A stretch of DNA of 64,000 bases from the NCBI GenBank assembly GCA_039810045.1, contig JBDHWF010000003.1, positions 1,834 to 65,833 on the forward strand, written 5' to 3'. Below, piece by piece: positions 19,608 through 30,100 of the stretch; position 1 is the stretch's first letter, and each line of letters begins with the position of its first letter. The DNA comes from Chloroflexia bacterium. Its GTDB lineage: Bacteria; Chloroflexota; Chloroflexia; Thermomicrobiales; CADCWN01. The notes beneath the pieces were generated by a model. The model was not told the origin of the DNA. It searched no databases and worked only from the letters and a program-made list of their open reading frames with translations. The position numbers and the translations under genes are program-made.

Positions 19608-20831
19608 ATGTATAGCACGCTGACGCACCTTGAATGCACCTTCTGTGGGGCGACTTATGCTGCGAATGAATTACAGACAGTCTGCACTGCCTGCGGCAAA
19701 GTCCTCTATGCGCGGTACGATCTGGGCGCAGCGAAACAAACGCTGACGAAAGCCGCCCTGATCGAACGCCCATTCGATCTCTGGCGCTATCACGAGGTCT
19801 TGCCAGTACTCGATGCAGTCAATGTCGTTTCACTTGGCGAAGGCGGCACTCCCCTCTTACCGCTGCCCCAATTTGGCAAAACGATCGGCTTACCAAAGCT
19901 GCTCGCCAAGGACGAAGGCGGCAACCCGACTGGTTCATTCAAGTCACGCGGGATGGCCCTGGCAATTTCACGAGCCAAAGAGTTGGGAGCCAAAGCGGTC
20001 GCCGCACCGTCAGCGGGAAATGCCGCGTCAGCGATGGCTGCCTATGCCGCCCGCGCTGGCCTCCCGGCCTACGTCTTTATGCCCAAGGACACCCCCCTGA
20101 TTATGCAGGCAGAATGTACAGCGTACGGCGCACACGTCTACCTTGTCGATGGCTTGATCAACGACGCTGGAAAAATCGTGCGCGAGAACAGTGCTGCGCG
20201 GGGTTGGTTCGATGTCTCAACCCTCAAAGAGCCGTATCGGGCCGAGGGAAAGAAAACGATGGGCTACGAGCTAGCCGAGCAACTGCACTGGGAATTGCCT
20301 GATGCAATCATCTACCCCACTGGCGGCGGCACGGGGATTGTGGGGATGTGGAAAGCCTTTGCCGAGATGGAGGAAATGGGGTTAATTGGCGCCAAACGAC
20401 CCAAGATGATCTCCGTGCAATCAACAGGCTGTGCGCCAATCGTTGACGCATTTGAGCGCGGCGATCGGCATGCCCCACTCTTTCCCAACGCCCACACCCT
20501 GGCCCCAGGGATTCGCGTACCAATCGCCATTGGCGACTACCTGATCCTTGACGCTATCCGCGAGAGTGGCGGCACCGCGCTCACCGTTACGGACGAGGAA
20601 ATCCTGGCGGCAACCCGCAAAGTTGCGACGAGCGATGGCCTCTATGGTTCACCTGAATCTGGAGCCACGTTTATCGCCGCACAGAAACTTGCCGCCAATG
20701 GGTTCCTGAACCCTGCGGATCAGGTGGTCGTCTTCAGCACAGGTACGGGGTTAAAGCATAGCGAGTTAATCGATCTCAATCTCCCAATTCTCGATCCCAA
20801 CGATCCAGCAGTTGGGGAACAGATCAGTTAA
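19608..20831 (+). CDS. thrC: Threonine synthase
   Basis: It has the N-terminal zinc ribbon 'CTFCG...CTACG', the PLP-lysine region 'TGSFKSRGMA' and 'PTGGGTG'. Confidence 0.88.
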   Translation: MYSTLTHLECTFCGATYAANELQTVCTACGKVLYARYDLGAAKQTLTKAALIERPFDLWRYHEVLPVLDAVNVVSLGEGGTPLLPLPQFGKTIGLPKLLAKDEGGNPTGSFKSRGMALAISRAKELGAKAVAAPSAGNAASAMAAYAARAGLPAYVFMPKDTPLIMQAECTAYGAHVYLVDGLINDAGKIVRENSAARGWFDVSTLKEPYRAEGKKTMGYELAEQLHWELPDAIIYPTGGGTGIVGMWKAFAEMEEMGLIGAKRPKMISVQSTGCAPIVDAFERGDRHAPLFPNAHTLAPGIRVPIAIGDYLILDAIRESGGTALTVTDEEILAATRKVATSDGLYGSPESGATFIAAQKLAANGFLNPADQVVVFSTGTGLKHSELIDLNLPILDPNDPAVGEQIS

Positions 20832-20980
20832 TGGCCGATCCTCCCTGTTTGTCCCACTAGTAGGGCTCTGGTAGAATGTCGTCAATGTCCCGGGAATTCG
20901 GGGTTAGGGAGTAACGACAATAGTGATCTGCAACGCTCACGCTGGTGGCAGATCGATATGGGTACGAGGAGTCACCAGCG

Positions 20981-21955
20981 ATGCTCGATGCCGCAAACCG
21001 TAAGGGGACGAAGAACGGCGCAGTCGCAACCACATTAGATATTGCCACGCATACCACCCACGAAACACCTGATCTGATCGCTGTTGGCTGGCGACAAAGT
21101 GTTGCGGACTATATTGCGCTGACCAAGCCCAAGATTATCTCCTTGCTGCTGATTACCACGCTCGGCGCAATGATGATCGCAGGCGACGGCTTTCCATCTG
21201 TGTGGATCGTCTTGTGGACGTTACTGGGCGGCGCACTCGCCTCTGGTGGGGCTGGCGCAATCAACCACTTCATTGATCGTGACATTGACAAGAAAATGGG
21301 GCGCACCAAAGGTCGTCCGGTCGTCAATGGTCGCGTGCAACCGTGGCAGGCGCTCACCTTCGGGATCGCGCTAGAAGTCGCCTCGTTCACGCTCCTGACC
21401 CTGGCAGTCAATCTGCTCAGTGCCATTCTGGCGCTCGGTGGGTTCCTGTTCTATGTCGTGATCTACACCCTTTGGCTCAAGCGCACCACGCCGCACAATA
21501 TCGTGATTGGCGGGGCGGCTGGCGCATTTCCGCCCCTGGTTGGTTGGGCGGCCGCTACTGGTTCGCTCTCTCTCGGGGCATGGATTCTCTTTGCCATTAT
21601 CTTCTTCTGGACCCCACCCCATTTCTGGGCGCTGGCACTGCTGATTCGTGGCGACTATGAACGAGCGAACGTGCCAATGTTGCCAGTTGTGCGCGGGGTG
21701 GAGGAAACACGCAAGCAGATCCTGATTTACACCATCATCATGATCGCCACCACCCTACTCCTGGTAGCCGTTGGTACCAGTGGCTGGCTCTATCTGGTTC
21801 TCGCGCTTGGTTTGGGGGGCTGGTTCCTCTATGATGCCATTCTCCTCCTGCGTGAGCAGACCCAGCGCGCCGCCCGCCGCCTCTACCTGTACTCTTTACT
21901 CTACCTGGCACTGCTCTTTCTGGCGATGGTAATCGACCACGCCTTCATCGCCTAA
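20981..21955 (+). CDS. ctaB: Protoheme IX farnesyltransferase (heme O synthase)
   Basis: A UbiA-family protein with 'NHFIDRDIDKKMGRTKGRP' and 'FFWTPPHFWALA'. The ATG at 20981 has GAGGAG 9 nt upstream, and the ORF is open from GTG 20945. Confidence 0.88.
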   Translation: MLDAANRKGTKNGAVATTLDIATHTTHETPDLIAVGWRQSVADYIALTKPKIISLLLITTLGAMMIAGDGFPSVWIVLWTLLGGALASGGAGAINHFIDRDIDKKMGRTKGRPVVNGRVQPWQALTFGIALEVASFTLLTLAVNLLSAILALGGFLFYVVIYTLWLKRTTPHNIVIGGAAGAFPPLVGWAAATGSLSLGAWILFAIIFFWTPPHFWALALLIRGDYERANVPMLPVVRGVEETRKQILIYTIIMIATTLLLVAVGTSGWLYLVLALGLGGWFLYDAILLLREQTQRAARRLYLYSLLYLALLFLAMVIDHAFIA

Positions 21956-21974
21956 CGGTGTTTGCCTACACGAC

Positions 21975-22009
21975 AATAGGTGGGGGCACTAGTAGTGCCC
22001 CCACCTATT
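21975..22009. terminator. Bidirectional terminator-like hairpin between convergent ctaB and copCD
   Basis: A perfect 15-bp palindrome, aataggtgggggcac-tagta-gtgcccccacctatt. Confidence 0.55.
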
Positions 22010-22060
22010 TGTTCTGCCAACCTTGCCGATATCATCTGGCGGAGCTTTGGCCCTCTGCTG

Positions 22061-24349
22061 CTATGGTATCGGTGGTTCAATCGGTGGGATTGCATTGAAG
22101 TCGCTATAAGTACTCTCCATATAATGCCCCACGCTGAACATTCGCTGCCGCCGCACCAGATTATCATCGACCCCGATCCAGAACGTCATCCGGCTGCCAC
22201 TTGGCACATCAAGGAAACTAACCACCCAACACGGCGTACCAGCAATCGTTTCGCGCCCCAATAACGTCACTTCATTGGAGATACTGGCATTATCGAAGAT
22301 CGGCCAGCGATAGCCCGCAGGTTCCGGCCACACACTTTGCACCCAATTCCCACCCGCTGGGCGATCATACCGCTGCTTCCCGACCACGATTGTTTCGCTA
22401 CCAGCCTCTGAGCGCAGGTGCATGCGGTTTGGCGCGACCCACTGGTAATCCGTCGTAATGGGCGCACCGCTACCAGTGATCGTCTGATGTTCGCGCAAAC
22501 CAGTGAGTTGATTCATCGCCAGATCTGATTGTGCCAGTAACGAACGCGCACCACCCGTTGGAAGATCCAGGTTAAACACCGCGCGGTCAGTTCCTCCACC
22601 ACGCGGTGTAACCAACGCTTCGAGTTGCCAATGCCCCGGTTTACCAAGTTCCCCCAACCCCGTATAGCGACCATCCCGCGCTACCAATGGCACCTCTTGC
22701 GGAACCGCCCCATTTGTAGCGGTGAGCCGCAACGTCACAGCAGCATCAGTGAGGCTACCCCCAGCAGAATCTTGCAACGTCACATTCAGCACGGCTGGGC
22801 CAGTGGTCGTTGGTCCAATTGTCAGCGTTACCAGGGTTGGCCCCGCGTTCATTGCCAGCGTCACACTATCAGCAATAGTGGTGTTGGCAGGCGCACTGGC
22901 TGGCGCATCAGCGCTGACGACAGTACGAGCGGGTGGTAATGCCGTCAACAAGCCAACGACCAGCAATACCACCATCCCTATCGTCATTTCACCCCAGAGG
23001 GTCTGCCATAAACGCTGTATTGTCTGCGCCGTCGGCGCATTCGTCTCCCGCACTAGTCGTGGCAGAATCCAGAAGCGATTCATTGCGGCGAACCCCAGCA
23101 ACGGCACCAGGAGGAGGAGTTTCACCAGCAGCGTTCCACCATAGAGGCTTTGCCCCAACGCCAGTGGGCCATCAACGTGGACCCAGGTTTGGTAAAAGCC
23201 AGTCACGATAAGCAGTTGAATGGCAACAAGGGCCAGCGCCGAAAAACGCAAAATGATCCGCAGCAGCGTCTTGAACTGTGCTGTCACTGGTAATGCCCGA
23301 ATCATCCGCGGCAGAACCAGGGCGAGTATCAGCACCCCACCAAGCCAAGCTGACGAGGCCACAAGATGAACCCAATCGACCAGAATTGACAGCAGGATTG
23401 GGTCGGTCGTGGCCGCATGGCCGCTGATACTCGTTACGAGGGCATAGGCCAACCCCGCGATCAATAGCAATAACCAGGCGCGCTGCCCGCTGAGTGAGGC
23501 AATCGGCTCCTCGTCGGCAGCGCGTAGCTCCAACTCAGCACTGAGAATGGGCAAGGTCAGGGCTGGCGCAATCAGAAGGGCTAATCGACTCAGCCAGAGC
23601 GTGCCAAAGCGCCCGGTCAAGGCCCCAAGCAGATTCCCTGGCTGGAGAAACTCGCTGCCACCACCAAAGGCGCTGGCATAGGCGGCACTGATCAACAGGC
23701 AGAGCTGACCAAGGACAACAAGGCCAAATGCCAGCCAGATCCAGCGCACAATCGTTGGTTCAAAAAGGGTGAGGAAGTCATCATAACGCGACCGCTGCCG
23801 CGCTGGCGTGAACAGCAGCAGGCTGAGCCGGAAGGCCAGCGGCCCCAGCCAGAGACTCAGCCCCAGGAGAATTAATCCCCGGGCCAGCGCCTGGAGTAGC
23901 AGGGGTGGGGTCAAACCCGTTGGTTCAGTTTCGGCTGTGCCTAAGAGCAAATCTGCCGGAGCTACCCCCACCCCAAACCGAAACTCTCCAGTGACTGGAT
24001 GGGTATCTGCTGATACCAGCGCATAACGCACGGTATAGACTCCAGTTGAGAGTTCAGGCAGAGAAACCGCCACCGAGAGCGGATCATTGGGGGCAGCGTG
24101 GGCATCGCGCCGATCCACGCGCCGCCCGCCAGTGTCAGTTACGGCGATCTTATCGGCGCGAACCTCCACCCGCTCATTAAATGTCAGGCGCACCTCGCCA
24201 ACCGTTGCCGCCACCACAGTACCAGCCGCAGGTTGGGTCCGTTGCAAAAAGGCGTGGGCAGAAACAAGCGTTGGTGTCAACAGCACACCAGCGGCAAGCA
24301 CCAGGCCAAGCAGAAACCCCAGCACCCACTGTAAATGCCGAATATTCAA
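22061..24349 (-). CDS. CopC-CopD fusion copper transport/resistance protein with extra C-terminal extracytoplasmic domains (YcnJ-like)
   Basis: After a signal peptide comes 'HAFLQRTQPAAG...YALVSADTHPVTGEF' (CopC), then about 8 TM helices (CopD). A beta-rich 'GRYTGLGELGKPGHWQLEALV' module (YtkA/FixH-like) follows, plus about 170 further residues. Confidence 0.75.
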   Translation of the reverse strand: MNIRHLQWVLGFLLGLVLAAGVLLTPTLVSAHAFLQRTQPAAGTVVAATVGEVRLTFNERVEVRADKIAVTDTGGRRVDRRDAHAAPNDPLSVAVSLPELSTGVYTVRYALVSADTHPVTGEFRFGVGVAPADLLLGTAETEPTGLTPPLLLQALARGLILLGLSLWLGPLAFRLSLLLFTPARQRSRYDDFLTLFEPTIVRWIWLAFGLVVLGQLCLLISAAYASAFGGGSEFLQPGNLLGALTGRFGTLWLSRLALLIAPALTLPILSAELELRAADEEPIASLSGQRAWLLLLIAGLAYALVTSISGHAATTDPILLSILVDWVHLVASSAWLGGVLILALVLPRMIRALPVTAQFKTLLRIILRFSALALVAIQLLIVTGFYQTWVHVDGPLALGQSLYGGTLLVKLLLLVPLLGFAAMNRFWILPRLVRETNAPTAQTIQRLWQTLWGEMTIGMVVLLVVGLLTALPPARTVVSADAPASAPANTTIADSVTLAMNAGPTLVTLTIGPTTTGPAVLNVTLQDSAGGSLTDAAVTLRLTATNGAVPQEVPLVARDGRYTGLGELGKPGHWQLEALVTPRGGGTDRAVFNLDLPTGGARSLLAQSDLAMNQLTGLREHQTITGSGAPITTDYQWVAPNRMHLRSEAGSETIVVGKQRYDRPAGGNWVQSVWPEPAGYRWPIFDNASISNEVTLLGRETIAGTPCWVVSFLDVPSGSRMTFWIGVDDNLVRRQRMFSVGHYMESTYSDFNAIPPIEPPIP

Positions 24350-24506
24350 CCAGCCTCCAACCTCTGTAACCCCACATCATCAACGCACTTGCTGAAGTGT
24401 ACTGTGGTCAGGATAAGCCCACAATGGACACGTATGCTGCCAATCGTGGCGTGGCACGCTCCTGATAGTTGCCCTACCAGCCGCTAACCACTATCATTGC
24501 TCTCTT

Positions 24507-25019
24507 ATGACGACACGAACAACCGCGAATGCACAAGCAAAGAACACCATCCACTCGTCAGAGAATGGGGATCGCGTCATTACGACCAATCGTCAGGCGC
24601 GGTTTGAGTATACGATCCTGGAATCAATGGAAGCAGGGATCGCGCTGACTGGTACCGAGATTAAATCGGTGCGTGGTGGTCACGCCAATATCCGCGATAG
24701 TTATGCGCGCATCGAAGCTGGAGAACTCTGGCTGATCAATATGCACATTGCACCCTACGATCAGGCCGGTAGCTACTATCAACACGACCCGATTCGCCCC
24801 AGGAAACTGTTGGTACACCGCCGCGAAATCGCCCGCCTCAAAGCGGAACTCGGGCAAAAGGGACTGACCTTAGTCCCCCTGCGCCTCTATCTCAAACGTG
24901 GCCGTGCAAAAGTAGAAATTGGGCTGGCACGCGGGAAGAAGCTCTATGATAAGCGCGATGCGCTGGCCGAGCGTGACGCCAAACGTGATATTGAGCGCAG
25001 CCTCCGCAATCGCGAGTAG
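24507..25019 (+). CDS. smpB: SsrA-binding protein
   Basis: 'NRQARFEYTILESMEAGIALTGTEIKSVR' and 'LVPLRLYLKRGRAKVEIGLARGKK' are present. The gene lies directly upstream of the tmRNA gene. Confidence 0.93.
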   Translation: MTTRTTANAQAKNTIHSSENGDRVITTNRQARFEYTILESMEAGIALTGTEIKSVRGGHANIRDSYARIEAGELWLINMHIAPYDQAGSYYQHDPIRPRKLLVHRREIARLKAELGQKGLTLVPLRLYLKRGRAKVEIGLARGKKLYDKRDALAERDAKRDIERSLRNRE

Positions 25020-25030
25020 AACATTGGTGC

Positions 25031-25059
25031 TTGCAGTGACCGCAGAGATCATCTATCAT
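25031..25059 (+). promoter_or_regulatory. Candidate sigma-70 promoter for ssrA
   Basis: TTGCAG (25031-36), a 17-nt spacer, and TATCAT (25054-59), lying 22 nt before the mature tmRNA 5' end. A small leader hairpin ggtgac-ctc-gtcacc lies between them. Confidence 0.4.
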
Positions 25060-25081
25060 TAAGCGGTGACCTCGTCACCCT

Positions 25082-25431
25082 GGGGATGTCTGGTTTCGAC
25101 AGGGACGTAGGCGAGGGAATTGCAGGCCGAGGCGCCCGGGTTCCTCGTAAAAACGGGCAATGCCATAACTGGCAACACCGAATACGCTCTGGCTGCCTAG
25201 GTAGCCACGTCCGCGCAGTCCCCACCCCAACGGGATTGTAGTCGGGCGTCACAAAGTTGGGGTGCTGCATTGCCGACTGCGGGCTGAGCAATGCCTAAGA
25301 CCAGCCCACTAGCGCACTAGAGAGGCTGTCGAGAGTCGCTCGGTGAGCAAAAACTAAAATCTCGACTATGTCTGTAGGATATTCCCCGTTGAACTTTCTG
25401 GACGGGGGTTCGACTCCCCCCATCTCCACCA
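25082..25431 (+). ncRNA. ssrA: tmRNA (transfer-messenger RNA)
   Basis: The 5' GGGGAUG pairs with the 3' CAUCUCC, including the G3:U wobble, followed by A-CCA. The T-arm is GGGGGUUCGACUCCCCC. The internal tag ORF ends ...AAC ACC GAA UAC GCU CUG GCU GCC UAG (..NTEYALAA*, 25162/25171-25200); the resume codon is uncertain (GCC or GGC). Confidence 0.95.
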
Positions 25432-25456
25432 AGCAGCGACCCCAACCAGTATTGTG

Positions 25457-25493
25457 AGCAAAGCTGAAGGTAGCACCTGCCTTCAGCTTTGCT
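25457..25493 (+). terminator. Terminator-like hairpin after ssrA
   Basis: A perfect 14-bp stem (agcaaagctgaagg / ccttcagctttgct) with a 9-nt loop. Confidence 0.5.
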
Positions 25494-26014
25494 GATCGCT
25501 TGCCTGACCGCCGCCACTTTGCACTCTCCCCAGATAGTTTTGCAAAGAAAACGTCTCCTATTCTAGCCAAGAAACACCAAAAGTACTACAGACAATAGTC
25601 TTAATAATGGATACGATTGTCTAGAATGATCACGCCCTTTTGTATGACGCCCCTGGGTAACTAGAGGGGTACAGGGGTCGGCCCAAAGGTATTCAATATC
25701 TCGGCACAACCTGCTCAGCACTTCTGCATTGCGATTGCCTACCTCTGCTTGTTCCGTGAGAATTGTGCGCCGTAGCATGACACGGAACGCCGCTGCATCA
25801 ACTGATGCAGAACAGGAATATTCGCCTTGTCGATCACATCGCAGATCGACAAGAAAGGAGGGGGGAGCAGATAGATTCGATAGTCCTGAACCGAAATAGG
25901 AGTTTTGGGTCTTTGCATCATGGTCTGACGCCTTGTACAGTTCCTAGTAGGGTTAGCACAAAGCTGTGCATGAGTGACCAGCATCATGGTCGATCACAGA
26001 AGAAGGAGTATGCA

Positions 26015-26215
26015 ATGAACCTGACTGCGATTGAGATTGTTGTTCGGCGTATTTTCAGCGATGCTGAGTTCCGCGCACGAGCGCTGGCAAATCCAACAAC
26101 GGCGCTTGCTGAATATCAGCTTGCTGCTGCTGAACAGCAAGCATTGACGAAGCTGTGCCTACGCATGGCTGATGGGCAGAACGCGGTTGTCCCGAACTTT
26201 TACTGGTGGCTCTAG
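26015..26215 (+). CDS. 66-aa putative RiPP/pheromone precursor peptide (ComX-like: helical leader plus C-terminal ...NFYWWL)
   Basis: A strong SD, AAGGAG at 26003-26008, lies 6 nt before ATG 26015. The sequence is MNLTAIEIVVRRIFSDAEFRARALANPTTALAEYQLAAAEQQALTKLCLRMADGQNAVVPNFYWWL. The N-terminal 50 aa resemble helical leader peptides (DxxFRxxxxxxPxxALxEY). It lies immediately upstream of a prenyl-synthetase-fold gene. Confidence 0.6.
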   Translation: MNLTAIEIVVRRIFSDAEFRARALANPTTALAEYQLAAAEQQALTKLCLRMADGQNAVVPNFYWWL

Positions 26216-26290
26216 GTCGGGCGCGATCAACAGATACGGCGTGTAGCTACCTAGCAGGAAGCACCAGCGAACCTTGAGGAGTTAGGCGGC

Positions 26291-27190
26291 GTGCCCGATA
26301 CAGAACGGTTCGCTATTGTCAGGCAGCTACTCGAAGAGGCAGTGGAGCGCACGCCGCTCCCCGCCTCTTCTCAGCCGTTTCTCCGTATTCCCCTACAGCA
26401 GCCAGGAAAACTTCTCGGCGGTGCAGAACAACCACTTTGGCCAGCCACCGTCTTGGCCGTTTGTGCCGCAAGTGGTGCCGATCAGCGGCTCGGCAGTAAA
26501 GTTGCGGCGGCAGTCGAACTCTTTATGGCCAGTCTCGATATTCTCGATGAGCTTGAAGATGGTGATCGGTCACCGCTTGCGGAAACAGTTGGCCCCGCAC
26601 GTGCCCTCAATATTTCCACGATGCTTCTCTTTCTGGCCCAAAGCTTGCTTCAGAGTTTACACGAAGATGGTTTACCAGCAGAACGAGTTCTACAACTGAC
26701 CAAAACGCTTACTACGTTTGGCATCGAAGCAACTGTTGGACAAGATCGCGATTTACAAAGTGCCAATGCCGAAGCTCTTTCGTATGACGAAGCCCTGACG
26801 ATTGCCCAGATGAAAGCGGGCGCATTAGTCGCGTGTGCTTGTACGATCAGTGCCCTGCTTGCCACCGATGACCCATATCTGCTCAAACTCTATGGTGACT
26901 GGGGCAGACATTACGGCACCGCCGCGCAACTGGCGAATGATTTACATGACGCAACAAATGCCAACAAGAGTGATCTGGCCCAACAAAAAGGAACACTGCC
27001 ACTCCTCTACGAGCGCACGACGAATGACGGGGCTGTATCCCCGCCCGCCGTAGCAACAAGTGGCGCACTTCATTTTACCTGGGTAGTGCTAGAAATGGAA
27101 CGGCAACAGTGTGCCGAGCTTGCGACCATGCTGACAGCACACGGACAGGCGGCAAGGCATTTACAAACCTTACCTGGGGCAGTTGAGTGA
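26291..27190 (+). CDS. Polyprenyl-synthetase-fold protein with degenerate Asp-rich motifs (ComQ-like putative peptide prenyltransferase)
   Basis: 299 aa; GTG start with GAGGAG 9 nt upstream. The family landmarks 'GQDRDL', 'KAGAL' and 'KSDLAQQKGTLPLL' are present. However, the first Asp-rich motif is 'LDILDELEDGD' and the second is 'AQLANDLHD' (NDxxD) instead of DDxxD. Confidence 0.65.
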   Translation: MPDTERFAIVRQLLEEAVERTPLPASSQPFLRIPLQQPGKLLGGAEQPLWPATVLAVCAASGADQRLGSKVAAAVELFMASLDILDELEDGDRSPLAETVGPARALNISTMLLFLAQSLLQSLHEDGLPAERVLQLTKTLTTFGIEATVGQDRDLQSANAEALSYDEALTIAQMKAGALVACACTISALLATDDPYLLKLYGDWGRHYGTAAQLANDLHDATNANKSDLAQQKGTLPLLYERTTNDGAVSPPAVATSGALHFTWVVLEMERQQCAELATMLTAHGQAARHLQTLPGAVE

Positions 27191-30100
27191 TCACGACGAG
27201 CCAACCACCTCATCGATCAACACTCCACCCCGCCAGACCATTTCGGCTGGCATTATTCATCCTGATCCCAATCTTCATTGCCTGTCTCATTGTTGCCCAG
27301 CATGATGCAAAGCGTGCGCCTACTCTGGGGATAACGGTCACGCAAACCGAGCTAGGTGGCCCCTGGCTCGTCAGTAACGTGTCCTTTGGGAGCAGAGCCA
27401 ACTATCTGGGCATTGAGCCTGGGAATCAGATAGTACGCATTGACGGTAATGCGGTACAACGGGATCAGGCACCAGATCCTGTACTGATTCAGCAAGCGAC
27501 CCAACTGGTTATTACGAATGCCGATGGTTCAAAAACACGCACCTTCGATCTGGCTGGATTACAGTCAGGACCATTGAATCTAACCCCCTATCTGGTGATG
27601 AGCACCATCTTCTTCACTGTGGGGTTTATTACGCTATTGTTTGGTCAAGGGGCAGCACCGCGTGCGCTAGCCCTCCTCACCATGAGTGGGGCACTTGAAG
27701 CAGTCGCCATCCCCCTGAGCTTACGGGCAACAAACTGGGCGATTATTGCGAATGGGGTCTGTGTTCCCATCTTTATTGGTAGCTTCGCCTATCTCTTTCT
27801 TGTATTCCCGCGTCGCCGTCTGTTGCACGTCGGAAAGAAGCGCTTTCCACCAGAGTTAATCCTGCTGCCGATCATTCCCACCTTCATTACATATATGTTC
27901 TCTATCGCGACAAGTCATGCCGCAGTTATTATGGTTGGCCGAGTACTGGGCTACCCCTACTTCCTCGCTTGCTTTATCGGGGGGATTCTGGCCCTGATCC
28001 TCAGTTGGCGACAAGCACGCCCAGGGCGTGAAAAGACCCAACTCCGTACAGTAACGCTGGCAAGTATCGCCGCAATCACGCCATTTCTCTTGATCAACTT
28101 CTTCCCTCAGATCACCTTTGGCAATACCTTCCTCTCCGCCGACTACACGATCTTGCCTATGGCCTTAATTCCCCTCGCGTTCGGCTACGCCATCTTGCGT
28201 TATCAACTGATGAATATGCACCTCTATCTGCGGCGTGGGGTTGGCTATTCGATTCTTGGGGTTGGCATTACGGGAGTCTACACCTTAGGGCTGGCGATTG
28301 CCTCCATTACTATTCGTAACCAAACGGCCAGTAGTTTGCTCATCACGGCAATCATGATGACTATCGTCGTGCTGCTCGGCGACCATCTCCGTACAAAAAT
28401 CCAACACCATGTTGATCATCTCTTTGACCGTAAGGGGTATGACTATCGCCGCCAATTACTTGAGTTTAGTCAGCAGATGAATACGATCCTTGATCCTGAT
28501 GAACTTGCCGAATCAACCGTTGGCCTGATCGAACAGACCATGAGTTCATACTATGTGCGGCTGTATATCTACGACCGCGCAACCAGCACCTTCCACCTTT
28601 GGGCGCATGCAGGGACGCCCGTACCAAGCACCGAGCAAACACTGCCCCCTGAACACCCCACCAGTATGAAGATGCGCAACGCTGGCTGGGAAATTGTGCA
28701 ACATCTGGAAGTACAAGCTGATCAAGATGTTCTACTTGTACCACTGACCAATAAAGGCCAACCAGTCGCTATGCTTGTCCTGGGCGCAAAGCGATCAGAA
28801 CTGCCATATTCAAGCGAAGACCTTGTCTTGCTCAGTACTGTCGCCAGCCAACTGGCGATCTCGACGGAAAACGCCCAACTGTATGGGCGAATGCGCGATC
28901 TCTACCTCTCTGGGATTCGCACACTCGCAGCAACGGTTGATGCCAAAGATTCCTATACCCACGGTCATTCCGAGCGGGTCGCGGGGTATGCCCGCGCCCT
29001 GGCGATCGCGCTGAATTTGCCACAAATCGAAGTCGAAACCATTGAATTAGCGGGGTTATTGCACGATATTGGCAAAATTGGTATTCCTGATGCGGTACTC
29101 CAAAAACCTGGAAAGCTCGCCCCAGATGAACGGGCATTGATCGAACAGCACACCGAAATTGGGGCCCGGATCCTCGCTGATAATCCTGCGCTCCAGGCCC
29201 TTGTTCCGCTTGTACGGCATCATCACGAACGCTGGGACGGCAAAGGATATCCTGATCAGCTTCGTGGTGAAGCGATTCCCCTGGGGGCAGCAATTATCTG
29301 CGTGGCCGACACATTCGACACAATGACGACCAACCGCCCATATCGTCAGGCACCAGGATATGAACAAGCCTACCTGGAAATCCTGCGCCAGCGTGGGCAG
29401 CAATTTTCTCCTCGGGTGGTCGAGGCATTTATTCGGGTCGACTTTTCTCAGGGCAACTGCTCGACAGCAAACCAAAAAACCACTGCGCTACAGTCGCGGA
29501 TGGCCCTGGCGGAACAAGCTACTGCTACCAACAACCGCGCAATGCGCATTGTCTATCAAATTGCCCAACTGCTGAGTACCGCCAAAGAGTTAGATGTGTT
29601 CTTACAACGGGTGATCGAACTCTTACAAAATGAACTTGCGACCAATACTGTTGACTTCTTCATTATCGATGAAGAAACACAAACGCTCTACAATCGCCCC
29701 AGTACGCAAAGTAGCTTAGGCCAAATACAGCTTCCACTCGGCCAAGGTCTGGTAGGCTGGGTTGCTCAGCACCAGACGGCTGTCTGTATTGATGATATTC
29801 GCACTGATGATCGCGCAGTGATTGCGAACGGTTGGGATGGCCGAGCAGAACTCGCTGTGCCTCTGATTAGCAGTGGGAAGACGATTGGCGTACTGAATGT
29901 TGAGAGTACGCGCGTGGCCGCATTCACCGATGAGGACACCAAACTCCTGACCATCATTGCGGGACAACTGGCCCAGGTTATTGAAGTGACACAATTACAT
30001 CTGGACGCCCGTAAGGCCGCAGGCCTCGATAGCCTCACCAAGATTGCCAATCATCGGCAATTTTACAACCGTCTGGAAATGGCAATCGCGGCAACCCAAC

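Noticed and set aside
25049-25570. Minus-strand ORFs of 80, 91 and 66 aa
   Set aside because: They overlap the tmRNA gene, whose acceptor stem, T-arm and tag ORF are unambiguous.
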